From Eledone cirrhosa (taxonomy: Eukaryota), in NCBI GenBank assembly GCA_964016885.1, contig OZ024740.1, positions 9,548,001 through 9,612,000 of the forward strand: 64,000 nucleotides of DNA, written 5' to 3'. Below the pieces are notes generated by a model that was given only the letters and a program-made list of their open reading frames with translations, ran no database searches and was not told where the DNA came from. Shown one piece after another: positions 14,742 through 25,300 of this stretch; within the stretch, counting starts at the first letter, position 1; each line of letters opens with the position of its first letter. The translations under genes and the position numbers were made by a program.

Positions 14742-16263
14742 ATCAGTTTAGATTGGTATGTCAGTTTCTATTTGTATCTCAGTTTCGATTGGTATGTCAG
14801 TTTCTATTGGTATATCAGTTTCGATTGGTATGTCAGTTTCGATTGGTATGTCAGTTTCTATTGGTATATCAGTTTCTATTGGTGTGTCAGTTTCTATTGG
14901 TATGTCAGTTTCGATTGGTATATCAGATTCGATTAGTATGTCAGTTTCTATTGGTATATCAGTTTCCATTGGTATATCAGTTTCGATTGGTATATCAGTT
15001 TCTATTGGTATATCAGTTTCTATTGGTATGTCAGTTTCGATTGGTATATCAGTTTCGATTGGTATATCAGTTTCGATTGGTATGTCAGTTTCGATGGGTA
15101 TGTCAGTTTCGATTGGTATATCAGTTTCGATTGTTATGTTAGTTTCTATTGGTATGTCAGTTTTATCGGTATGTCAATTTCGATTGGTATATCAGTTTAG
15201 GTTGGTATGTCAGTTTCGATTGGTATACGAGTTTCGATTGGTATATCAGTTTCGATTGGTATGTCAGTTTCGATTGGGATGTCAGTTTCGATTGGTATAT
15301 CAGCTTCTATTGGTATATCAGTTTCGATTGGTATGTCAGTTTCGATTAGTATATCAGTTTCTATTGGTATGTGAGTTTCTATTGGTATATCAGTTTCGAT
15401 TAACATATCAGTTTCGATTAGTATGTCAGTTTCTATTGGTATGTCAGTTTTGACTGGTACATTAGTCCTCGATTTGTATGTCAGTTTCTATTGGTATATT
15501 AGTATCGATTGGTATGTCAGTTTCTATTTGTATGTCAGTTTCTATTGGTATATCAGTTTCTATTGGTATATCAGTTTCGATTGATATGTCAGTTTCGATT
15601 GGTATGTCGGTTTCGATTAGTATATCAGTTTCTATTGGTATGTGAGTTTCTATTGGTAAATCAGTTTCGATTGCTATATCAGTTTCGATTGGTAAGTCAG
15701 TTTTGATTGGTATGTCAATTTCGATTGGTATGTCAGTTTGGATTGGTATATCAGTTTCAATTGGTACGTCAGTTTCGATTGGTATATCAGTTTCGATTAG
15801 TATGTCAGTTTCTATTGGTATATCAGTTTCCATTGGTATATCAGTTTCGATTGGTATGTCAGTTTGTATTGGTATCTCAGTTTGTATTGGTATGTCAGTT
15901 TCTATTGGTATATCAGTTTCGATTGGTATATCAGTTTCGATTGGTATGTCAGTTTCGATTGGTATGTCAGTTTCGATTGGTATATCAGTTTCGATTGTTA
16001 TGTCAGTTTCTATTGGTATATCAGTTTCGATTGACATATCAGTTTCGATTAGTATGTCAGTTTCTATTGGTATGTCAGTTTTGACTGGTACATTAGTCCT
16101 CGATTTGTATGTCAGTTTCTATTGGTATATGAGTATCGATTGGTATGTCAGTTTCGATTAGTATATCAGTTTCATATGGTATGTCAGTTTTGATTGGTAT
16201 GTCAGTTTGGATTGGTATATCAGTTTCGATTAGTATGTCAATATTTTCGATTAGTATGTCAGT
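14742..16263. repeat. 18-bp satellite array, segment 3
   Basis: Same 18-mer. Confidence 0.97.
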
Positions 16264-19200
16264 ATTTTAAATATATTTGTTATTATTTCAAACCCTTAAT
16301 TCCCGCTCCCTAATATCGTCTCCACCACACTCTACAACATGCGGTCAACCCCCCCGTCTCTCTCTCTCTCTCTATCCATATACATATATAAGATAAAGTA
16401 ACTCACTTTCGCCAATTCATGGCAGATTCTCTTTCATGGTAAAATGTAACGTACTCATTTTTCTAGCTTTCTAACATCCGCTTATTCCATAGTCCTTCCA
16501 AACCTATTTCCTCCTGTATTTTCCAAAACAAATCTCTTGTATTTTGTCCTGATTGTAAAATACGGAAGTTTTTGGCGTATCTTGCTAAACAAATCTTGTA
16601 TTTTTGTTTACGTTCGTAAAATACTAGGATCTAACTTAAAACTATTCTTCTCGCTAACAACTCAACACCCCTCCCTCCCGCCCCCACGCACCACCATTAT
16701 TATCACGTGGACCAATCATAAGCCAGAGGCCTATACTATCGCTTACCTGGTCGCCTTCGGTATGTAGGATGGAAGGACTACGGAGTTCCGGAGAGTTGAA
16801 GAGAGAAAAATCTGGACGCTCAGCGACAATGCCAAAGTTAAAGACAAACACACCTCGTGGACGAGAATGCGAGCATGCCTCTTTGTTTCGGCCGCGGATG
16901 GCTAACACAACCCCATCTCCCCCCTCTCTCCACCTTTCCCACCCCCCAAACGCAATCCAAAACTTCAGATTTGGTACCTTGAATGTAGGCACCTTAAAGG
17001 GTCGCTCTAACGAGGTTGTAGAAATGCTTGAACGTAAGGAGGTCGATGTTTGTTGTATTCAAGAGACCAGGTGGAGGGGTGGATCTGCTAGATTCATTGT
17101 GGGTAGAAAACGATGCTATAAGCTTTTCTGGGTGGGAAATGACAATGGGCTGGGTGGGGTAGGAATCATGGTAGCAGAAAAGTGGGCAGATAAGATAATA
17201 GACGTAAATAGAGTGAACGACAGAATAGTTAAAATAAGACTTGTCCTCAATAGAACCACGGTGACAGTAATATCCGCGTACGCACCCCAATCCGGACTGC
17301 CCAGCACTATAAAAGACAGATTCTATGAGACACTGATGCTCACTACCTCCCAAATAACCGACAGTGACTATATAATTATTGCAGGCGACCTAAATGGTCA
17401 CGTTGGACAACATTGTAACGGCTACGACGAAATCCATGGAGGCTATGGGTTTGGTACTAGAAATGAGGAAGGCTCCAGAATCCTGGAATTCTGTGACGCA
17501 AATAACCTAACTATCTGCAACACTAACTTAAAAAAACGAGACAATCACTTGATCACCTACAGATCAGGGGAACATACCAGCCAGGTAGATTATATCCTTA
17601 CCAGAAGATGTGACAAAGTGACTGTTGTAAACACTAAATCCCTCCCCCATGAAGAATGCACCTCCCAACATAGACTGATAATTAACGACCTAATAGGCAG
17701 GACGAGACGTACTAGGCAACAGAAGAGGACTACCCTCAGGAGAAAAATATGGAAGCTAAAGGACCCCACAGCCAAAAATAAATTCCAAAGCATATTACTT
17801 GATGCTTTCGACAGTAAGGAAGAGCAAATAGAGTCGTACAAGGTAGAGGAACAGTGGGAATTCCTGAAAGCAAACCTGCTGACGGCGACAGACGAAGTCT
17901 GTGGCTGGAGCAGGCCTGTAGGCAGGAGGAGAGTAACATGGTGGTGGAACAGTAAGGTGGAGGGGTCAATTAAGGCCAAAAAGCAGGCTTGGAAAGTATG
18001 GCGGGATGGGGGAAGCAGAGAAGACTATCAAGTGGCCAGGAGGGAAGCTAGGAGACAAGTGTACTTCGCAAGAAGGGAAGCAGAGGAAAGAAAGTTCAAG
18101 CATGTTCTACAACGTGAGGACCAAAAACGTGAGGTGTTCAGGATTGCTAGGCAATGTGTCAAGGAAAACAGTGATATTGTCGGGGAGAAGTGTGTACTTA
18201 ATGATGACGGCGTACTTGCCATCACCGACGCCGATAAGAAGGTAGCTTGGAAGTGTCACTATGAAAGGCTACTCAATGAGGAGAATAAATGGGAGAAAGA
18301 CAGTCTCCCCCACATCGACCCAATAGAGGGACCAGCAGTGTCAGTCGAGGGTAGTAAAATAAGTAAGGCAATCAAAGATATGAAGACAGGCAAGGCGGCT
18401 GGGCATTCGGAAATAGTTGCCGAGATGCTGAAGGCATCTGGTACGGTGGGACACACCATGGTCACCCGGATAGTCAACCAAGTCATACAGAATGGGGTTG
18501 TTCCGAAGGACTGGCGTAGCAGCATTATCGTTAACTGTTATAAGGGTAAAGGAGATGCCCTAGATAGGAGTAACTATAGAGGCATTAAATTAATCGACCA
18601 GGTCATGAAGGTCACGGAAAAAGTAATAGCGCAACTAATCAGAGAGCGAATTGATCTAGATGAAATGCAGTTCGGGTTTGTGTCAGGAAAAAGTACCACA
18701 GACGCTCTTTTCATTGTACGACAACTACAGGAGAAGTACCTAGCTAAAAGTAAACCCCTATACTTAGCTTTCGTCGACTTGGAGAAGGCCTTCGACAGAG
18801 TCCCCCGTTCCATTATCTGGTGGGCTCTTAGAAAACTAGGTGTCGATGAATGGCTTGTGAGAGCTATACAAGCCATGTATAAAGAAACAGTCAGCAAGGT
18901 TAGAATTAACAACGAATATAGTGAAGAGTTTAGTGTAAAAGTTGGTGTTCATCAGGGCTCTGTTCTTAGCCCCCTACTATTTATTATTGCCCTCCAGGCT
19001 ATAACAGTGGAGTTCAAGACCGGCTGCCCATGGGAACTCCTATACGCAGATGATCTAACACTCATAGCTGAATCAATGGCCGAGCTAGAGAAGAAATTCC
19101 AAACATGGAAGCACGGGCTAGAATCAAAAGGCCTTAAAATTAACCTGGCTAAGACAAAAGTTCTAGTTTGTAAGAAAGAAAATAAGGCGGCGGTTCCCTC

Positions 19201-20370
19201 CGGGAAGTGGCCATGCGCAGAGTGTAGGAAAGGCGTAGGTAGAAATTCCATTTTGTGTCCCAAATGCAAAGTTTGGGTTCATAAAAGATGTAGTGGGATC
19301 ACAGGTAAGCTAACTAAGAACATAGATTTTACATGTGGCCGGTGTTCTGGGGCAATGAGTAGCAGCAAGTGCCCACAAAATACTAGCTCTTTCAACTGCG
19401 CAGAGGGTTCTATAGAAATAGTGGACAGCTTCCGTTACCTGGGTGACAAAACCAGCAGTGGGGGAGGGTGCTCTGAAAGTACAGTAGCTAGAGTCAGAAC
19501 TGGGTGGAAAAAGTTCAGAGAGCTTATACCACTATTAGCCGCTAAAGGGTTCTCCCTAAAAATGAAAGGCAGGCTGTACGATGCCTGCATACGAACAGCA
19601 ATGTTGCATGGCAGTGAGACCTGGGCATTGTGTGCAGAGGATATACGCAGTCTAGAGAGAAATGAAGCTTGCATGCTCCGCTGGATGTGTAATAGTAATA
19701 TACGTGAACGACAAAGCATAAACGAAATAAGAAAAAGATTAGAAATAAGAGGGATCAGATGTTGTTTACTTGAGAGAAGGCTACGTTGGTATGGTCACGT
19801 GATGCGCATGAAGGACGATAGCTGTATAACAAAGTGCAGGGCAATAAAGATAGACGGTAGCCACGGAATAGGCAGACCTAGAAAAACTTGGGACGAGCTG
19901 ATAAACTCCGACCTCACACACTTACACCTCTCCAAGACAATGTCACTGGACCGAGTCCTTTGGCGGTACTCAGTAATAGAGAAGACCCGCCTTACCTAAA
20001 TACAAAGTAAAAACCTACTATAGTCAGTAGGCATCTCTATCAACCCCCCCCCCCGTCCCACAACCTCCACCCCATCCCCACCGCCCCTTCCAATGTAAAG
20101 TTATGTTGGTCCCACAACATCCAGGCCGAAACAAATGAGATCGTGTAGGCGTCACGACAAAAAAACACACAGTTCACGCTGTAATGTGGCCGTGTAGGCA
20201 ACACGGTAAAAACCTCCCAGACCCACACTGTAAATGTGGTTGGTGTTAGGAAGGGCATCCAACTGTAGAAAACCTGCCAGACAGTCCTATGCGAGCAAGA
20301 CAATCACTCTTGCCTCAAGTGGGAAAACCCCCGTCCAAACCCATGCAAGCGTGGAACACGGACGTTAAAC

Positions 20371-20400
<30 letters not shown>
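16264..20400 (+). mobile_element. Apparently full-length RTE-clade LINE, family B
   Basis: About 500 bp of 5' leader, one long ORF, a 3' UTR and a (GAT)10 tail, flanked on both sides by satellite. Confidence 0.95.
16769..19999 (+). CDS. RTE retrotransposon ORF: APE endonuclease + reverse transcriptase + PHD-like zinc finger
   Basis: Uninterrupted 1076 aa. APE motifs: GTLNVGTL, CIQETRW, YAPQ, GDLNG, VDYIL, SQH. RT motifs: DLEKAFD, QGSVLSP, YADD. Finger: CAEC..CPKC....H..C..CGRC. Confidence 0.95.
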   Translation: MEGLRSSGELKREKSGRSATMPKLKTNTPRGRECEHASLFRPRMANTTPSPPSLHLSHPPNAIQNFRFGTLNVGTLKGRSNEVVEMLERKEVDVCCIQETRWRGGSARFIVGRKRCYKLFWVGNDNGLGGVGIMVAEKWADKIIDVNRVNDRIVKIRLVLNRTTVTVISAYAPQSGLPSTIKDRFYETLMLTTSQITDSDYIIIAGDLNGHVGQHCNGYDEIHGGYGFGTRNEEGSRILEFCDANNLTICNTNLKKRDNHLITYRSGEHTSQVDYILTRRCDKVTVVNTKSLPHEECTSQHRLIINDLIGRTRRTRQQKRTTLRRKIWKLKDPTAKNKFQSILLDAFDSKEEQIESYKVEEQWEFLKANLLTATDEVCGWSRPVGRRRVTWWWNSKVEGSIKAKKQAWKVWRDGGSREDYQVARREARRQVYFARREAEERKFKHVLQREDQKREVFRIARQCVKENSDIVGEKCVLNDDGVLAITDADKKVAWKCHYERLLNEENKWEKDSLPHIDPIEGPAVSVEGSKISKAIKDMKTGKAAGHSEIVAEMLKASGTVGHTMVTRIVNQVIQNGVVPKDWRSSIIVNCYKGKGDALDRSNYRGIKLIDQVMKVTEKVIAQLIRERIDLDEMQFGFVSGKSTTDALFIVRQLQEKYLAKSKPLYLAFVDLEKAFDRVPRSIIWWALRKLGVDEWLVRAIQAMYKETVSKVRINNEYSEEFSVKVGVHQGSVLSPLLFIIALQAITVEFKTGCPWELLYADDLTLIAESMAELEKKFQTWKHGLESKGLKINLAKTKVLVCKKENKAAVPSGKWPCAECRKGVGRNSILCPKCKVWVHKRCSGITGKLTKNIDFTCGRCSGAMSSSKCPQNTSSFNCAEGSIEIVDSFRYLGDKTSSGGGCSESTVARVRTGWKKFRELIPLLAAKGFSLKMKGRLYDACIRTAMLHGSETWALCAEDIRSLERNEACMLRWMCNSNIRERQSINEIRKRLEIRGIRCCLLERRLRWYGHVMRMKDDSCITKCRAIKIDGSHGIGRPRKTWDELINSDLTHLHLSKTMSLDRVLWRYSVIEKTRLT

Positions 20401-20401
<1 letters not shown>

Positions 20402-21942
20402 TCAGTTTCTATTGGTATATCGGTTTCAATTGGTATATCAGTTTCGATTAGTATATCAGTTTCGAATGGTATGTCAGTTTTGATTGGTATGTCAGTTTGG
20501 ATTGGTATATCAGTTTCGATTAGTATGTCAGTTTCTATTGGTATATCGGTTTCCATTGGTATATCAGTTTCTATTGGTATATCAGTTTCGATTGGTATAT
20601 CCGTTTCGATTGGTATGTCTATTTCTATTGGTATGTCAGTTTTATTGGTATTTCAGTTTCGATTGGTATATCAGTTTCGGTTGGTATGTCAGTTTCGATT
20701 GGTATATCAGTTTCTATTGGTATATCAGTTTCGATTGGTATGTCAGTTTCTATTTGTATGTTAGTCCTCGATTTGTATGTCAGTTTCTATTGGTACATCA
20801 GTTTCGATTGGTATATCAGTTTCAATTGGTATATTAGTTTCGATTGTTATGTCAGTTTCTATTGGTATATCAGTTTCGATTGACATGTCAGTTTCGATTA
20901 GTATGTCAGTTTCTATTGGTATGTCAGTTTTGACTGGTACATTAGTCCTTGATTTGTATGTCAGTTTCTATTGGTATATCAGTATCGATTGGTATGTCAG
21001 TTTCGATTAGTATATCAGTTTCATATGGTATGTCAGTTTTGATTGGTATGTCAGTTTGGATTGGTATATCAGTTTCGATTAGTATGTCAGTTTCTATTGG
21101 TATATCGGTTTCAATTGGTATATCAGTTTCAATTGGTATGTCACTTTCTAGTGGTATATCAGTTTCTATTGGTATGTCAGTTTTTATTAGTATATCAGTT
21201 TCTATTGATATGTCAGTTTCGATTGGTATGTCAGTTTCTATTGGTATATCAGTTTCGATTGGTATATCCGTTTCGATTGGTATGTCTATTTCTATTGGTA
21301 TGTCAGTTTTATTGGTATGTCAGTTTCGATTGGTATATCAGTTACGGTTGGTATGTTAGTTTCGATTGGTATATCAGTTTCTATTGGTATATCAGTTTCG
21401 ATTGGTATGTCAGGTTCTATTTGTATGTCAGTTTCGATTGGTATATCAGTTTCGATTGGTATGTCAGTTTCGATTGGTCTATCAGTTTCGATTGGTATGT
21501 CAGTTTCGATTGGTATGTCAGTTTCGATTAGTATATCAGTTTCTATTGGTATGTCAGTTTATATTGGTATATCAGTTTCGATTGATATATCAGTATCGAT
21601 TGATATATCAGTTTCTATTGGTATGCCAGTTTCGATTGGTATGTCAATTTCGATTGGTATGTCAGTTTCTATTGGTATATGAGTTTCTATTGGTATGTCA
21701 GTTTCTATTGGTATATGAGTTTCTATTGGTATGTCAGTTTCTATTGGTATGTCAGTTTCTATTGGTATATCAGTTTCTATTGGTATGTCAGTTTCTATTG
21801 GTATGTCAGTTTCTATTGGTATATCAGTTTCTATTGGTATGTCAGTTTCTATTGGTATGTCAGTTTTGATTAGTATGTCAGTTTCTATTGGTATATCAGT
21901 TTCGATTGGTATGTCAGTTTCTATTTGTCTGTCAGTTTCTAT
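20401..21942. repeat. 18-bp satellite array, segment 4 (start of higher-order repeat)
   Basis: Same 18-mer; its rare variants recur at 24.1-25.0 kb and 26.8-27.6 kb. Confidence 0.96.
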
Positions 21943-22396
21943 TGGGGAGACCCAAGATGACTTGGGATGAGGTGATAAAAGCCGACCTTACCCAACTACA
22001 CCTCTCAAAGTCAATGACACACGACCGTGACTTCTGGCGTCACGCAGTAATACAGGGTACCCGACCTCCCATGGGTACATGCTGAAGCATATAAACAATA
22101 TGCCCCCCCCCCCCCCCCCCCCACCGCAAGGTGGTCGTGGAGGTGCCACGGCAAAAAAGCACCCAGCCCACACTGTAAAGTGGACGTGTAGGCGCCACGA
22201 AAAAGCACCCAGCACTCACTGTAAATGAGGTTGGTGTTAGGAAGGGCATCCAGCTGTAGAAATCAAGCCAGATCAGTTCCTGTATGAGCAAGGCATGGTC
22301 AGCCGACCAGACACTGCCCACAACAGGACAACCCGTCTAACCCATGCTAGCGTGGAAGAACGGACGTAAAACGGTGATGATGATGATGATGATGAT
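21943..22396 (+). mobile_element. Short 5'-truncated RTE family A
   Basis: GRPKMTW...PMGTC* followed by the family A 3' UTR and (GAT)n; TGG microhomology at the 5' junction. Confidence 0.95.
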
Positions 22397-25300
22397 ATCA
22401 GTTTCGATTGGTATGTCAGTATTGATAGGTATATCAGCTTCGATTAGTATGTCAGTTTCAATTGGTATGTCAGTTTCTATTGGTATATGAGTTTCTATTG
22501 GTATGTGAGTTTCTATTGGTATGTCAGTTTCTATTGGTATATCAGTTTCTATTGGTATATCAGTTTAGATTGGTATATCAGTTTCGATTAGTATGTCAGT
22601 TTCTATTGGTATATCAGTTTCGATTGGTATGACAGTTTCTATTGGTATGTCAGTTTCTATTGGTATGTCAGTTTCTATTGGTATATCAGTTTCTATTGGT
22701 ATGTCACTTTCTATTGGTATGTCAGTTTCGATTGGTATGTCAGTTTCGATTAGTATATCAGTTTCTATTGGTATGTCAATTTCGATTGGTATGTCAGTTT
22801 CGATTGGTATATCAGTTTCTATTGGTATGTCAGTTTATATTTGTATATCAGTTGCAATTGGTATGTCAGTTTCGATTAGTATATCAGTTTCTATTGGTAT
22901 GTCAGTTTCTATTGGTATGTCAGTTTCTATTGGTATATCAGTTTCTATTGGTATGTCAGTTTTGATTAGTATGTCAGTTTCTATTGGTATATCAGTTTTG
23001 ATTGGTATGTCAGTTTCTATTTGTCTGTCAGTTTCTATTGGTATATCAGTTTCGATTGGTATGTCAGATTCGATAGGTATATCAGTTTCGATTAGTATGT
23101 CAGTTTCAATTGGTATGTCAGTTTCTATTGGTATATGAGTTTCTATTGGTATGTGAGTTTCTATTGGTATGTCAGTTTCTATTGGTATATCAGTTTCTAT
23201 TGGTATGTCAGTTTAGATTGGCATGTCAGTTTCGATTAGTATATCAGTTTCTATTGGTAAGTCAGTTTGTATTGGTATATCAGTTTCGAATGGTATATCA
23301 GTTTCGATTAGTATGTCAGTTTCTATTGGTATATCAGTTTCCATTTGTATATCAGTTTCGATTGGTATGTCAGTTTCTATTGGTATGTCAGTTTCTATTG
23401 GTATGTCAGTTTCTATTGGTATATCAGTTTCGATTGGTATGTCACTTTCTATTGGTATGTCAGTTTCTATTGGGATATTAGTTTCTATTGGTATGTCAGT
23501 TTCGATTGGTATGTCAGTTTCGATTAGTATATCAGTTTCTATTGGTATGTCAATTTCGATTGGTAAGTCAGTTTCGATTGGTATATCAGTTTCTATTTGT
23601 ATGTCAGTTCATATTTGTATATCAGTTGCGATTGGTATGTCAGTTTCGATTGGTATATCAGTTTCAATTCGTATGTCAGTTTCGATTGGTATGTCAATTT
23701 CGATTGGTATATCAGTTTCGGTTGGTATGTCAGTTTCGATTGGTATGTCAGTTTCTATTGGTATACGAGTTTCGATTGGTATATCAGTTTCAATTGGTAT
23801 GTCAGTTTCGATTGGTATGTCAGTTTCTATTGGTATACGAGTTTCGATTGGTATATCAGTTTCGGTTGGTATGTCAGTTTCGATTGGTATATCAGTTTCT
23901 ATTGGTATATCAGTTTCGATTGGTATGTCAGTTTCTATTTGTATGTTAGTCCTCGATTTGTATGTCAGTTTCTATTGGTACATCAGTTTCGATTGGTATA
24001 TCAGTTTCAATTGGTATATTAGTTTCGATTGTTATGTCAGTTTCTATTGGTATATCAGTTTCGATTGACATATCAGTTTCGATTAGTATGTCAGTTTCTA
24101 TTGGTATGTCAGTTTTGACTGGTACATTAGTCCTTGATTTGTATGTCAGTTTCTATTGGTATATCAGTATCGATTGGTATGTCAGTTTCGATTAGTATAT
24201 CAGTTTCATATGGTATGTCAGTTTTGATTGGTATGTCAGTTTGGATTGGTATATCAGTTTCGATTAGTATGTCAGTTTCTATTGGTATATCGGTTTCAAT
24301 TGGTATATCAGTTTCAATTGGTATGTCACTTTCTAGTGGTATATCAGTTTCTATTGGTATGTCAGTTTCTATTAGTATATCAGTTTCTATTGATATGTCA
24401 GTTTCGATTGGTATGTCAGTTTCTATTGGTATATCAGTTTCGATTGGTATATCCGTTTCGATTGGTATGTCTATTTCTATTGGTATGTCAGTTTTATTGG
24501 TATGTCAGTTTCGATTGGTATATCAGTTACGGTTGGTATGTTAGTTTCGATTGGTATATCAGTTTCTATTGGTATATCAGTTTCGATTGGTATGTCAGGT
24601 TCTATTTGTATGTCAGTTTCGATTGGTATATCAGTTTCGATTGGTATGTCAGTTTCGATTGGTCTATCAGTTTCGATTGGTATGTCAGTTTCGATTGGTA
24701 TGTCAGTTTCGATTAGTATATCAGTTTCTATTGGTATGTCAGTTTATATTGGTATATCAGTTTCGATTGATATATCAGTATCGATTGATATATCAGTTTC
24801 TATTGGTATGCCAGTTTCGATTGGTATGTCAGGTTCTATTTGTATGTCAGTTTCTATTGGTATATCAGTTTCTATTGGTATATCAGTTTCTATTGGTATG
24901 TCAGTTTTGATTAGTATGTCAGTTTCTATTGGTATATCAGTTTCGATTGGTATGTCAGTTTCTATTTGTCTGTCAGTTTCTATTGGTATATCAGTTTCGA
25001 TTGGTATGTCAGTATTGATAGGTATATCAGCTTCGATTAGTATGTCAGTTTCAATTGGTATGTCAGTTTCTATTGGTATATGAGTTTCTATGGGTATGTG
25101 AGTTTCTATTGGTATGTCAGTTTCTATTGGTATATCAGTTTCTATTGGTATATCAGTTTAGATTGGTATATCAGTTTCGATTAGTATGTCAGTTTCTATT
25201 GGTATATCAGTTTCGATTGGTATGACAGTTTCTATTGGTATGTCAGTTTCTATTGGTATGTCAGTTTCTATTGGTATATCAGTTTCTATTGGTATGTCAC

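Noticed and set aside
16264-16768. HDV-like ribozyme in the RTE 5' leader
   Set aside because: Known for some RTEs, but I could not build the nested double pseudoknot by eye; it needs a descriptor search.
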